Source: Opitutales bacterium
GTDB lineage: Bacteria; Verrucomicrobiota; Verrucomicrobiia; Opitutales; JABSRG01
DNA length: 30,402 bases
Direction of reading: 5' to 3'
Assembly: GCA_049599475.1 (NCBI GenBank)
Contig: JBMYOQ010000055.1
Coordinates: 1 to 30,402, forward strand
Positions 17,970 through 28,162 of the stretch are shown piece by piece; positions within the stretch are counted from its first letter, which is position 1; each line of letters opens with the position of its first letter. The notes beneath the pieces are model-generated. The model did no database searches. It was not told the DNA's origin and saw only the letters and a list, made by a program, of their open reading frames with translations. The translations under genes were made by a program, and so were the position numbers.

Positions 17970-18977
17970 TTAGATGAAGTATTTTACGTAGCCGCGAGCG
18001 CGGATGCGCTCCATCCACCGCTGCTGATTTTCGCGACCAAGGCGATTAGAAATGATGGACTCGATCACATCGCGCACTTCGGTGAGTGGCTGGATCATTT
18101 CGGGACGTTTCTCTTCCAGATAGAGGAGGTAAATGCGGTCGCCCAGTTTGACGGGCTCGCTGATATGCCCGGGCTCGAGGGCAAATGCCGCATCCGAAAG
18201 TTCTTTGCGAATATCGGTTTTTTTGATCCAGCCCCAGTCTCCGCCGCGTCGGCGCATGTCGTCCTGGGAGTAGCGACGCGCTAAGTCTGAGAAACTGACG
18301 CCGCTCTTGAATTCCTCGATGATCTTCTCCGCGTTCTGCATCAAGACGTCTTCAGTCTCATTCGCATAGGGTGCGAGCTGGATCTGGCGTAGGTGAACGC
18401 TCGCCTCATTGTAGAAATCGATCTTGTTCGCCCGGTAGAAATCTTCGATTTGCTCTGGGCTGATTTCGGCCATACTGCGACGGTTCTCACCTCGCATGAT
18501 GGAGACGATGATATCTTCCTGAAGTTCGCGGCGATACTGGACAATCGTCTTGTTTACCGAGTCTAGATACTCGAAGAGTTTGCGGCGATCGTTGTCGAAA
18601 TCATTGATCAACATCTTGTCGAATTCGTTCTCGAAGATGCTTTTTGGGATGAATCGCTCATCGTCGCGATTGAACTCTTTTACAATGAGGATGCGATCGA
18701 TCTTATTTTGCAGGATTTCGCGTGCCAGCTGGCTGACCTTGGCATTGAACTCCTGCGGGGACCGCGAGTCGCGCATGATCTGCGGAATGATCGGCGCCAT
18801 CTCCATACGGAGTTCTTCCTTGGTGATGATGCGGCCCTCTGCGATGGCTGCTACGCCGTTTGAGTAGCGTTCTTCCCACTCATCGTAGGCGCTCTCCTGG
18901 GCATGTATTGAAGCAGTGCTGAAGATCCCTGCAAGCAGGGTGATTATCAAAGTCTTGGTAAAGGTGTAGTGTCTCAT
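17970..18977 (-). CDS. SurA-like parvulin peptidyl-prolyl isomerase/chaperone
   Basis: Signal peptide, SurA N-domain (GVAAIAEGRIITKEEL), VHLRQIQL, FSDLARRYSQD..GGDWGW. Confidence 0.88.
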   Translation of the reverse strand: MRHYTFTKTLIITLLAGIFSTASIHAQESAYDEWEERYSNGVAAIAEGRIITKEELRMEMAPIIPQIMRDSRSPQEFNAKVSQLAREILQNKIDRILIVKEFNRDDERFIPKSIFENEFDKMLINDFDNDRRKLFEYLDSVNKTIVQYRRELQEDIIVSIMRGENRRSMAEISPEQIEDFYRANKIDFYNEASVHLRQIQLAPYANETEDVLMQNAEKIIEEFKSGVSFSDLARRYSQDDMRRRGGDWGWIKKTDIRKELSDAAFALEPGHISEPVKLGDRIYLLYLEEKRPEMIQPLTEVRDVIESIISNRLGRENQQRWMERIRARGYVKYFI

Positions 18978-21900
18978 TTGGCTTTTTGATGCCTAAGCAG
19001 GAAGCTCTTGATTTCCGTCATCCTTGAAAATGCGTCTTTGCCGGTCAAGCGAGGAAAACGGGAGCCTACCATGATGAAAGCATCTTTCTTTCCTGTTTTT
19101 TGGGCGAGTCGACATTTCAAGCGGGACCCCTCTGCCTCGACAAGGTCGACATCGGCGTGTTCCGCGAGGGTACGAATTTCGGTGAGATGGAGCAGGGTTT
19201 TGACGGTTTTGGGGTAGTCGCCGAAGCGATCTTTGAGTTCTTCGGCGATCTCTTTGAGTTCTTGAGAGTTGTTTGCCATCGCGAGTCTGCGGTACACATC
19301 GATGCGCAAGCGACTCTCTTCGATGTAAAAATGGGGAATGTAGGCCTGCTCGGGCTCGATTCGTTCCTTTTTGAGTCCAGCCTCACGAATAGCGCTGAAA
19401 CCATCGTGGCCCGGGGCTGAGCGTTTGCCGGATTCGTGGCCGGTCTCACCGACTAGGATGAAATCCAATTGGACTTTCGCGCGAATGAAATCAGCGCCTT
19501 TCTCACCTTTGAGCCGGGATACGCTCTGGCGTAAGAGTTGGCAGTATAGGTCGAAGCCGACTCCAGCGATGTGGCCGCTCTGTTCGGAGCCTAAGAGATT
19601 TCCCGCGCCCCGAAGCTCGAGATCACGCATCGCGATACGATATCCAGAGCCAAGTTTGTTATACTGTCTTAGAGCCGAGAGACGCTTTCGGGCATCATCC
19701 ATCAACTTGCCAGCTGGGTTGATAAGCAGATAAGCGTACGCTTGGCGTTTGAAACGGCCGACGCGTCCGCGGATTTGATAGAGCTGCGACAGGCCGAATC
19801 GCTCGGCATTGTCGATAATGATGGTATTGCAGTTCGGGATATCGATCCCGGATTCGATGATCGTTGTGCAGACCAAAACATCGTATTCGTGGGCGACGAA
19901 TTTTGTCATCACGCGCTCGAGCATGCCCTCGTCCATTTGTCCGTGGCCCATACCTACGCGAGCAGTGGGCACGAGGTCCTCGATCATTTCGACGACACGA
20001 TCGATAGTACTGACTCGATTGTGTAAAAAGAACACCTGGCCGCCACGCCCGATTTCCTGGTTGATGGCGCTGCTGATGATCTTCTTGTCGAAGCCCTTGA
20101 CGAGGGTCTGAATCGGCAAGCGGTCCACGGGTGCTGTTTCGATAACGCTCATTTCGCGAGCGCCCACAAGGGCCATATACAAGGTCCGAGGAATGGGTGT
20201 CGCGCTGAGCGTCAAGACGTCTACCTGAGCTTTCATCTGCTTGAGGCGCTCTTTGTGTCGCACGCCGAATCGCTGTTCCTCGTCGACGACGAGTAAGCCC
20301 AAGTCCTTAAAATGCACGTCTTGGCTCAAAAGCCGGTGAGTTCCGATGAGAATGTCTACTTTGCCCGTCGCCGCCTGAGCGATGATTTGCCTGTTCTGCT
20401 TGGGGCTGCGGAAACGGCTGACCATCTCCACCGTCACCGGGTAGTCCGCCATGCGCTCCTTGAAGGTATTGAAATGTTGCTGGCAGAGCACCGTCGTCGG
20501 CACCAGCATGGCGACCTGCTTGCCACCGATGACGGCTTTGAATGCGCTCCGGATGGCGACTTCCGTTTTTCCGAACCCGACATCCCCGCAGATCAGGCGA
20601 TCCATCGGGCGGGCCCGTTCCATATCGCTCTTGGTTTCCCGGATTGCGGTGAGCTGGTCCGGAGTTTCCTTGTATAGAAAACTCTCTTCGAACTCCTTTT
20701 GCCAGGGGCCATCCGGCTCATGAGAGGTGCCTACCTCGGCATCGCGCACGGCCTGTAAACGCAGAAGGTCTGCGGCCAGGTCCAGGGTGGCCTTTTCTGC
20801 GGCCTGGCGAGTTTTTTCCCAGCTTGCAGAGCCTAGTTTCCCGAGTTTGGGGGACGTTTTAGAAAGCCCAACATAGCGCGATAGCAAATGAGACTCATGG
20901 AGAGGTAAATGCAGGGTGACGGCCTCCGCAAACTCGAGAGATATCACTTCCTCATTGCGTCCACGGACTTCCATCTGCGTAAGTCCGCGGAATAGGCAAA
21001 TCCCGTGCTGAAGGTGGACTAATGGATCGCCGTCGGCCAGCTCCGAGAAGTCCAGGGCCTGATCCATGCGATTCTTCTGGGGTAGTTTCCGTTGGCGGAC
21101 TTTTGAAAGGCGCTTGCGGTAGCGGCCGAAGATTTCGCTGTCGGTGGCCACGATCCATCCGGGCTGGGCGCTGTCTGGAGTAAGCCACCGTTCTTGATTT
21201 TTCTGGTTGATGAATCGGCATCCGGAGCGAAGGGGACCCTCGCGGAATTGGGGCTTAAAGCCCTTCAATCCCTTTTCGGAGCTGATGATTTCTTTCAAAC
21301 GCGAAGCCTCACCAGCGTTGTTGGTGACAATTGTCAGGGCAAATCCCTCTTTCTCCCAGGCGCGTAGTTTCTCGAGGAATTCTATGCGCGCCGCTTGTTC
21401 AGAGGTAAAGCGATCTGCACCGATATCAGTGTCCTCTGGGAAGGTGCGGTGCATGCTGAGGTTTTCGGCCTCAATGGGAATTTGCGGGATGGGCTCCGGG
21501 AACCAGCCGCTGGGGGCTACCACTTCCGAAAATGCGACGTAGGATACGTGGACGCCCTTGTCAGTGGTGCGCTTTACAAGATCGCCAAAATGGGGAGACG
21601 GAGTTTTGAATTTCGAGTCCTCGTGGGCGTACATCGCCGAGGGAAACTGCTCCGCAATCTTCGCCGGATCGTAGAGAATAATGCGGGTAGATTCTTTGAG
21701 GTAATCGATCAGGGCGCCGGGACGTTCTTGAGTCTCACCGGACTCGCCCGAGGCAATGACGAGCTGCTTTACAGAATTTCCCGAAGAGCGCTGAGTCGTC
21801 GGGTTATAGGGGCGAATGCTCTCTATCTCGTCACCAAAGAAATCGATGCGGTGTGGCCCGCTGGCGTTGAGGGGGTAGATATCTAGGAGTCCGCCTCGGA

Positions 21901-22417
21901 TCGCGAATTGGCCGGGTTGTTCGCAGACGACTTCGCTATCGTAGCCCAGTTCCTCGGCGAGTTTTTTCTTCAGACGATCTAGGGAAATTTCTTCGCCTGC
22001 GGAGATCTTTATTTCGTGGCGTGTGAGCGACTCAGGGGAGGGACAGGTGTCGAACAGGGCCGGAGCCGTCGTCGCGATGATGCGCTGGGGCACCTTTGAT
22101 TTTCCGGTATGAGCCAGGTCCGTAAGCACTGCCAGGCGGTCGCAGACATGCTCAAATACGCGCGGATCGTCTGGATCGGAGTCTGGAATGGTGGGAAATG
22201 CGTGGACCTTGATCGCCGGAGCCTTCTTTTGCATCTCCAAGTAGAAGCGTGTTTCTTCCAGCCAGCGCTCCGCATTTTGTAAATTCTGGGCGACCAGAAA
22301 TGTCGTCTTGGCCGGGTGCTCAAGGATGATCTGCGCGGTGAGCCAGGGCGCGACCGATTCCACAACGCCGGTAATGGACCGACTCCCGGGAGTGGCTGGA
22401 AAGGGAATGGCACGCAT
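18974..22417 (-). CDS. mfd: Transcription-repair coupling factor
   Basis: UvrB-homology GQFAIRGGLLDIYP, VHLQHGI (RID), MDRLICGDVGFGKTEVA, DEEQRFGV, QIRGRVGR, DLELRGAGNLLG, TRCF domain. Confidence 0.97.
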   Translation of the reverse strand: MRAIPFPATPGSRSITGVVESVAPWLTAQIILEHPAKTTFLVAQNLQNAERWLEETRFYLEMQKKAPAIKVHAFPTIPDSDPDDPRVFEHVCDRLAVLTDLAHTGKSKVPQRIIATTAPALFDTCPSPESLTRHEIKISAGEEISLDRLKKKLAEELGYDSEVVCEQPGQFAIRGGLLDIYPLNASGPHRIDFFGDEIESIRPYNPTTQRSSGNSVKQLVIASGESGETQERPGALIDYLKESTRIILYDPAKIAEQFPSAMYAHEDSKFKTPSPHFGDLVKRTTDKGVHVSYVAFSEVVAPSGWFPEPIPQIPIEAENLSMHRTFPEDTDIGADRFTSEQAARIEFLEKLRAWEKEGFALTIVTNNAGEASRLKEIISSEKGLKGFKPQFREGPLRSGCRFINQKNQERWLTPDSAQPGWIVATDSEIFGRYRKRLSKVRQRKLPQKNRMDQALDFSELADGDPLVHLQHGICLFRGLTQMEVRGRNEEVISLEFAEAVTLHLPLHESHLLSRYVGLSKTSPKLGKLGSASWEKTRQAAEKATLDLAADLLRLQAVRDAEVGTSHEPDGPWQKEFEESFLYKETPDQLTAIRETKSDMERARPMDRLICGDVGFGKTEVAIRSAFKAVIGGKQVAMLVPTTVLCQQHFNTFKERMADYPVTVEMVSRFRSPKQNRQIIAQAATGKVDILIGTHRLLSQDVHFKDLGLLVVDEEQRFGVRHKERLKQMKAQVDVLTLSATPIPRTLYMALVGAREMSVIETAPVDRLPIQTLVKGFDKKIISSAINQEIGRGGQVFFLHNRVSTIDRVVEMIEDLVPTARVGMGHGQMDEGMLERVMTKFVAHEYDVLVCTTIIESGIDIPNCNTIIIDNAERFGLSQLYQIRGRVGRFKRQAYAYLLINPAGKLMDDARKRLSALRQYNKLGSGYRIAMRDLELRGAGNLLGSEQSGHIAGVGFDLYCQLLRQSVSRLKGEKGADFIRAKVQLDFILVGETGHESGKRSAPGHDGFSAIREAGLKKERIEPEQAYIPHFYIEESRLRIDVYRRLAMANNSQELKEIAEELKDRFGDYPKTVKTLLHLTEIRTLAEHADVDLVEAEGSRLKCRLAQKTGKKDAFIMVGSRFPRLTGKDAFSRMTEIKSFLLRHQKAK

Positions 22418-22431
22418 CGCTTAAGATGGAT

Positions 22432-23199
22432 TTAGCTGGCTGACTCTTCGTAGGGGTTGCTGCCCGATTCGATTTTTTCCAAAGCATCCTTGGCAGCAAA
22501 GTGTTCGGCGCGTTTCCGGGATTGTCCTACCCCGATACCCATGCGCTTGTGGCAAATCTCAAGCTCGACTTTGAATTCCTTTTCGTGGTCGGGCCCTTCG
22601 ACCTCCACGATGGTGTATTCAATGTCTTCGAGAGCTCCGTGCTTTTGCACCCATTCTTGTAGGCGGCCCTTGGCATTGTGGTCTTCCAGGGCATCGTCTA
22701 GGCGGGCTCCGATATCGCCATAAATATGAAGAACAGCTTGATGGCAGGCTGCCGGGCCACCGTCGAGGTAGATGGCGCCAATGAGAGACTCAAAGGCATC
22801 CTCGAGACGCGAGGTCTCTCCCCGTTTGAAATTTTTAAGCTCTCCGGAACCGAGGTAAAGGCATGTCGAGAGTCCGATCTCCTGGGCGACTTGGGCCAAG
22901 ATTTCGCCTTTGACGAGTGCCGAGCGTCTACGGCTCAAAGGGCCCTCTTGCATGTCCGTTTCGGTGCGGAACAAAAAGTCTGAGAGCACCAGGCTGAGGG
23001 CCGCGTCACCTAAAAATTCGAGACGCTGATTTTGGAAGGATGGATCTTCCGAAGTGAGTGCCCAGGATGGGTGTGTGAGAGCGAGACGCAGAAGCTCGGA
23101 ATCCTTGAATGTGTATTGGATCCGTTCTTGCAGAGCCGCCAATGATTCGGGATTGGGGCTTTGACCGTTGGGCGAATCTGATGAATCCGCAGAACTCAT
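22432..23199 (-). CDS. rnc: Ribonuclease III
   Basis: ALTHPS, NQRLEFLGDA, DAFESLIGAIYLDGG, dsRBD KGRLQE...GPDHEKEF. Confidence 0.96.
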   Translation of the reverse strand: MSSADSSDSPNGQSPNPESLAALQERIQYTFKDSELLRLALTHPSWALTSEDPSFQNQRLEFLGDAALSLVLSDFLFRTETDMQEGPLSRRRSALVKGEILAQVAQEIGLSTCLYLGSGELKNFKRGETSRLEDAFESLIGAIYLDGGPAACHQAVLHIYGDIGARLDDALEDHNAKGRLQEWVQKHGALEDIEYTIVEVEGPDHEKEFKVELEICHKRMGIGVGQSRKRAEHFAAKDALEKIESGSNPYEESAS

Positions 23200-23975
23200 T
23201 TCAGGCTGAAACGCTTGATGCTTTCTTTGGCCAAATTGCCGTAGGCCACGGCACCTGCGCTGTTGGGATCGTATTGGAAAATGGATTGGCCGAAACTCGG
23301 GGCTTCGCTGAGACGCACCGAGCGGGGGATCAGTGTTTTAAAGACTTGGTCACCAAAGTGGTCGGAGACTTCCTTGACTACCTGCTGTGATAAGCGCGTC
23401 CGGATGTCATACATCGTCATAAGAATACCGCCGAGCTTCAGGTCTGGGTTTACTCCGGCATCGCGGAGCTGTTCGACCACATTAAGAATCTGTCCCAAAC
23501 CTTCCATCGCGAGGTATTCGCATTGAAGGGCGATGAGCAGATAGTCTGCGCAAGCGAGACCGTTCATGGAGATCATCCCAAGAGCAGGTGGACAATCGAG
23601 CATGATGATATCGAAATCACCACTGTTGCGCAGGCCGTCGAGCTGTTGACGCAGCTGTACCAGATAATCTGATTTTTGGCTGAGCTCGATTTCGATGGCC
23701 GCCAGATCTACCTCGGACGGAATCATCGAAAGGTTTTTGGTTTCCGTGGCGATGACGCGCTCTGCTGCGGTGCCTTCGCCGAGTAGGGGACCGTAGAGAC
23801 TGCCGCCGGGAGTCTTCTCAAGCCCAAGGGCCGAAGTCGCATTGGCCTGAGGATCCAGGTCGACGATTAAAGTCTTGAGGCCTCTCATCGCGAAGGCCAC
23901 AGACAAGTTTACAGCGGTCGTGGTCTTACCCACGCCTCCCTTTTGGTTTGCTATAGTAAATACAGTCGCAGCCAT
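23196..23975 (-). CDS. ParA/Soj-family ATPase
   Basis: Deviant Walker A NQKGGVGKTT, DLDPQANAT, DCPP, QCEYLAMEG, RSVRLSEAPSFG. Confidence 0.94.
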   Translation of the reverse strand: MAATVFTIANQKGGVGKTTTAVNLSVAFAMRGLKTLIVDLDPQANATSALGLEKTPGGSLYGPLLGEGTAAERVIATETKNLSMIPSEVDLAAIEIELSQKSDYLVQLRQQLDGLRNSGDFDIIMLDCPPALGMISMNGLACADYLLIALQCEYLAMEGLGQILNVVEQLRDAGVNPDLKLGGILMTMYDIRTRLSQQVVKEVSDHFGDQVFKTLIPRSVRLSEAPSFGQSIFQYDPNSAGAVAYGNLAKESIKRFSLK

Positions 23976-24119
23976 CTCCCTAAAAATACCTAGCTCAACG
24001 TGAGCAGAAATAATGGCAACTATCTTTTGGATGCTCAGATAATCACACGAAAAGCGCGAAACAGGTCTACGAGGAGCCAGTGAATTCTCAGATATCTTGC
24101 GTGTCGCAGGTTCAAATTC

Positions 24120-24635
24120 TCAATCTTCAGCCTGTCGTTTGAGCTCGAAGAATGTCTTCAAGAGAGCTGTGCACGCTTCTTCAAAGACTCCTGTCTCGAT
24201 CTCGCAACGGTGGTTTACGCGCGGGAGTTCTGAGACATTGGTGGCACCGCCGAGGCAGCCCATCTTGGGATCGCCGACTGCGTAGACGACGCGCCCCATG
24301 CGGCTCATGATCATGGCTCCAGAACACATCGGGCACGGTTCTTTGGTCACGTATAGGGTGCAGGCGTTCAGGCGCCAATCGCCGATAGCGTTGGCAGCTT
24401 GAGTGATCGCCAAAATCTCGGCATGGCCGGTGGGGTCTTTGGTCATCTCAACCTGATTGTGAGCCGATGCAATGACTTCGCCGCCATATTCAATGACAGC
24501 GCCGATGGGGACTTCGTTCTCGCGCCACGCGTCAATGGCCTCGTTGTATGCGAGCTTCATGTAGAAGAGGTCGTCCCGCAGGAGTTGAGACGGAAATTCT
24601 TTGGAGAACGGGCACTCTGGTGCGTCTTTTGCCAT
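24120..24635 (-). CDS. tadA: tRNA-specific adenosine deaminase
   Basis: EVPIGAVI, DPTGHAEI, LYVTKEPCPMCSGA, DPKMG. Confidence 0.9.
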   Translation of the reverse strand: MAKDAPECPFSKEFPSQLLRDDLFYMKLAYNEAIDAWRENEVPIGAVIEYGGEVIASAHNQVEMTKDPTGHAEILAITQAANAIGDWRLNACTLYVTKEPCPMCSGAMIMSRMGRVVYAVGDPKMGCLGGATNVSELPRVNHRCEIETGVFEEACTALLKTFFELKRQAED

Positions 24636-24722
24636 GGTTATCTTGTTTGAATCAGTCTCGAATGCTGTTCAATCCTTGACTTGGGGCTACTTCTACGGCT
24701 TTTTCAACCGCTTTATATCTAT

Positions 24723-25016
24723 ATGGCGCAGAGCAACGAAGAATATGTAGAAGTCGAAGGCAAGATCGTGTCTGTCCTCCCGGGCACCATGTTTCGTGTA
24801 GAATTGGCAAACGGCCACCAGGTCCTCGCTCACATATCAGGCAAGTTGCGCAAGAACTTCATTAAAATCACCACTGGTGACACAGTGAAGATGGAAATGA
24901 CGCCATCGGATATCAATAAGGCACGGATCGTTTACCGTCTGCGTAATGCTCAGCAGCAACGGAATGCACCGATCCGCAGTTTTGGTCCGCGCAACGCCAA
25001 GCGCGGAAGACGCTAA
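24723..25016 (+). CDS. infA: Translation initiation factor IF-1 with basic C-terminal extension
   Basis: [53 protein letters not shown]; start ATG 24723. Confidence 0.95.
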   Translation: MAQSNEEYVEVEGKIVSVLPGTMFRVELANGHQVLAHISGKLRKNFIKITTGDTVKMEMTPSDINKARIVYRLRNAQQQRNAPIRSFGPRNAKRGRR

Positions 25017-25036
25017 TCGGAGTAGGCTTTACAGCC

Positions 25037-25064
25037 TCCTCGTCGAACCTGGGAACGACGAGGA
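25037..25064. terminator. Stem-loop between convergent infA and DUF1080 genes
   Basis: 9-bp perfect stem TCCTCGTCG/CGACGAGGA with a 10-nt loop. No U-tract, so terminator function is uncertain. Confidence 0.4.
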
Positions 25065-25100
25065 CTCGAGTGTGTTCTCTGGATTTATGGGTCGAGCTGA

Positions 25101-25769
25101 TTAGAGCTCGCGAATTTTAATATTCTTCCAAGCGACGGACGTGATTTCCTTGGCGCCAGCTGCGTTCTTCTTTCCGCGTGGGTAGCCATGGACTTGCAGA
25201 GCGATCACTCCGGTCTCCGGAACGCGCTCGCTGGTGACATCTTCTACCTGCACATCATTGATCCAAACCTGGATACGCTGACCTTCGACGCGGACGCGAA
25301 ACGTGTTCCATTCGAAAGGTTTAAAGGATGTAAATTCGCGCGGTGGGCTCGACATGTCGCTCACCCATCCCCCGCCGCCTTGGCCAAAGATAAAGCCGGT
25401 ACGGGGGCTACCATTGTCCAGCTCGACTTGAGGGCCTTTCACATTTCCCTCTGCAGTTGAGCGAACTTGGACGCCGCTATTGAGATCGTTTTCAACCCAT
25501 GCATCGTAGACGAGCTCGAAGTCCTTATACTCTTCAGGAGTTGCGACAAAGGCGGTTTTGTTTCGAGGAACCAAGGTGCTACCGATGATCTTGCCGTCTT
25601 TGACTTCGAAAGTGGGTGTGCCTTTTCCTTCACCTCGCATAACCCAGCCATCGAGGTTTTCTCCGTTGAAAAGGGAACGCCATTCACCGGCGACGGCTGT
25701 GGAGTGTAGCGTAAAGAGCGCTACAAAAAGGGTGAAGACGATGGTGCTTCCGGTGCGAAAGGACTTCAT
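25101..25769 (-). CDS. DUF1080 (3-keto-disaccharide hydrolase-like) secreted protein
   Basis: Signal peptide, WRSLFNGENLDGW, NSGVQVR, EWNTFRV, GVIALQVHG, WKNIKIREL. Confidence 0.9.
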   Translation of the reverse strand: MKSFRTGSTIVFTLFVALFTLHSTAVAGEWRSLFNGENLDGWVMRGEGKGTPTFEVKDGKIIGSTLVPRNKTAFVATPEEYKDFELVYDAWVENDLNSGVQVRSTAEGNVKGPQVELDNGSPRTGFIFGQGGGGWVSDMSSPPREFTSFKPFEWNTFRVRVEGQRIQVWINDVQVEDVTSERVPETGVIALQVHGYPRGKKNAAGAKEITSVAWKNIKIREL

Positions 25770-25881
25770 AGCTAGAGGATATATGATGAGTTGTGTGTTT
25801 TCCGGCTGCGATAAGTGTGTGGTGGTAGCAGTCGGATGAAACGTTTACTATTTTGAATTAAATGTCGCTCTCAAGCAAAAG

Positions 25882-26403
25882 TTACTGGGTCTTTCGCCAG
25901 ACAAACATTTGCATGACCGGGTTGGTCTGTGAGCTGAGTCGGAGTCTATTGGGTTCTAGCTCGAGTATGGTCAAGGTGACCAGGAACTTATAGGCATCCA
26001 GCCCGATGGTCATTGAGGGAGCTCCAGGTTCGGAAAGCATGGCCGCTTCCAGGGTCTGTTCGCCCTTCAAGGTCTTACTGATCCAGGTTTCTGCATCGAT
26101 GATCATCGACGAACCTGCGGCGTTTTCTAGCTCCTTAAAGAGTTGTGTGAGCTCCGTCTCATTTTGCGCAATGTCTTCGATGATTTCTTTGCTGGCGTCG
26201 GTGTCCAGGGTCCAGGTCCCATGGAGTATTTCGGGAAGCGGGAAACCATTTTTAATGAGAATCTCAGTCTCACTTTCAACATTGTCGGATTTCTTGAGTC
26301 CACAACCCGTGAGGGCAAGTACCGCGATGATCGCGGGAATCGCCACATACTGGAACGCACGCCGTGGATTGCTAGATTTACCCTGAGAGGTTTTGGTTGT
26401 CAT
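25882..26403 (-). CDS. Hypothetical lipoprotein, lipocalin-like
   Basis: ATG 26403 (MTTKTSQ...) followed by a hydrophobic stretch and LTG|C lipobox; LHGTWTLD is a GxW lipocalin-like motif. The upstream part of ORF 25882..26679 is just overlap with msbA. Confidence 0.65.
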   Translation of the reverse strand: MTTKTSQGKSSNPRRAFQYVAIPAIIAVLALTGCGLKKSDNVESETEILIKNGFPLPEILHGTWTLDTDASKEIIEDIAQNETELTQLFKELENAAGSSMIIDAETWISKTLKGEQTLEAAMLSEPGAPSMTIGLDAYKFLVTLTILELEPNRLRLSSQTNPVMQMFVWRKTQ

Positions 26404-28111
26404 AGAGACTCTTGAAGAGCGGGTTTTTAAGAAGTTCATCAAAGGTGCCATCGGCGATGATTTTGCCTTTTTCAAAGAGGAGGACGCGATCTGCATCGCG
26501 AATGGTGCTAAAGCGGTGCGCGATGGTGAACACAGTTTTGCCCTTTGATACCTCGGCCAAGGCCTGCTGAACACCTTTCTCGCTCTCGGAGTCGAGGGCC
26601 GAGGTTGCTTCGTCGAGGAGGAGAATTGGAGCGTTGCGCAGGAATGCTCGGGCAAGGGCGATCCGCTGTTTCTGGCCACCGCTCAGGAGGGCTCCACGCT
26701 CGCCAGCAAGGGTGTCATAGCCCTTTGGGCAGGATAGAATAAAATCGTGAATCTGGGCCACCCGCGCGGCCTCCGCGACCTCATGGTCGCTGGCATCTTT
26801 GCGACCTAGGCGAATATTCTCTTTGAGGCTGTCCTGAAAGAGAATGGGCTCTTGTGGAACGAGGGCTATGTTGTCCCGCAGAGCGGAAAGTTTGATTTCC
26901 GAAAGGGGGGTGTTGTCGATCGCAATATCGCCGGAGCTCGCCTCATAAAAACGTGAGATAAGATTGATAAATGTCGTTTTACCGGCGCCGCTGGGCCCGA
27001 CAATGGCCACCCGAGTGCCGGGTTGAATGTCAACATTTATACCCTCTAGGACGGACTCCTCTTCATAGGCAAAGGATACGTCCTTAAAGGTTACCTGGCC
27101 GGTGGCTTTGAAGGTGTCTGAAGCCTCAGCCTTGTCCGCTATCTCGATTTCCGTATCCAGAATCTCCTCAATGCGGTCCAGCGCACTATTCGCTTTCTGG
27201 AAATTGTTATTTACCAGCCCTAGCTTCTTTACCGGATCGTAGGAAAAATACAAAGCAGCAACCATGGCGAAGAAGGTCTCCCAGGTGACACCTCCGCGCG
27301 CCGCGAAAAAGAGCGCCAGGCCAACGCCTAGAGCCGAGATGAATTCGATCAAGGGAGACAGAGCTCGATGGTATACAAGGACTCTGAATTGAGCGTGAAC
27401 GAGGCGCTGCATGCGCTCGCCGAAACTGGAGATAGCGCGATCTTCGAGATTATACGCGCGGACTTCGCGACTAGCGCTGAGGTTCTCGCTGATCGTTCCC
27501 GATAGGTCGCCAAACTCATCTTGTTGGCGTTTGGCCTTGGCCAAGACCTTGCGTCCAATGTATCGCACTGGCAACACGCAGATGGGTACTGTCGCGCATG
27601 CGAGCAGGATGAAAAGCATGTTTTGGTTGTTCACGGTTTCGTAGATCAGCCACGCGAATGCACCTATCAGGATGGCTGGCTGGCGCACCATATCGTTGGC
27701 GCTTTCCGTGATCACTGTTTGCACCAGTTGGGTGTCTTGGGTGAGGCGGGCATGGAGCTCGCCACTCCGGTATTTTCCAAAAAATGCTAGTTGGAGGCGC
27801 TGAAGGTGCTCAAACAGGGTCTCCCGGAGCTGACGCATGAATTGGATTCCGACGTAATTTAGCGCCATCTGGTTGATATATCCACTGAGCCCACGCAGCA
27901 AAAACACGCCAGGCAGCAATGCGGCTATGGCAATCAGTCTTCCCGAGCTCAGGTCGGAGTCGGGAGAAAAAACCGCAGGAAACACCTTTTGCACCATGAA
28001 GGGAAAGCCGAAGCCTGTGGATATCGAGTAAACGAGGCCCGCGCAAATCCCGCCGAAATAGATGTTTCGGTAGGGTTTAAGAAATGGGAGATAGCGTTTA
28101 TATCGATTCAC
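26378..28111 (-). CDS. msbA: MsbA-like ABC exporter (probable lipid A flippase)
   Basis: Multi-helix TM domain plus NBD (GPSGAGKT, LSGGQKQRIALARA, LLDEATSALD, IAHR); adjacent to a lipid A acyltransferase gene. Confidence 0.8.
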   Translation of the reverse strand: MNRYKRYLPFLKPYRNIYFGGICAGLVYSISTGFGFPFMVQKVFPAVFSPDSDLSSGRLIAIAALLPGVFLLRGLSGYINQMALNYVGIQFMRQLRETLFEHLQRLQLAFFGKYRSGELHARLTQDTQLVQTVITESANDMVRQPAILIGAFAWLIYETVNNQNMLFILLACATVPICVLPVRYIGRKVLAKAKRQQDEFGDLSGTISENLSASREVRAYNLEDRAISSFGERMQRLVHAQFRVLVYHRALSPLIEFISALGVGLALFFAARGGVTWETFFAMVAALYFSYDPVKKLGLVNNNFQKANSALDRIEEILDTEIEIADKAEASDTFKATGQVTFKDVSFAYEEESVLEGINVDIQPGTRVAIVGPSGAGKTTFINLISRFYEASSGDIAIDNTPLSEIKLSALRDNIALVPQEPILFQDSLKENIRLGRKDASDHEVAEAARVAQIHDFILSCPKGYDTLAGERGALLSGGQKQRIALARAFLRNAPILLLDEATSALDSESEKGVQQALAEVSKGKTVFTIAHRFSTIRDADRVLLFEKGKIIADGTFDELLKNPLFKSLYDNQNLSG

Positions 28112-28162
28112 GGAAGCAAACTGGACCTACGAGGACGCGGTAGTTGGTGCTACTCGGGCCGC

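Noticed and set aside
23992..24006. GCTCA-ACG-TGAGC upstream of parA as a parS site
   Set aside because: Poor match to the TGTTTCACGTGAAACA consensus.
26404..26679. N-terminal 92 codons of ORF 25882..26679
   Set aside because: Alternative frame inside msbA; the signal peptide points to ATG 26403.
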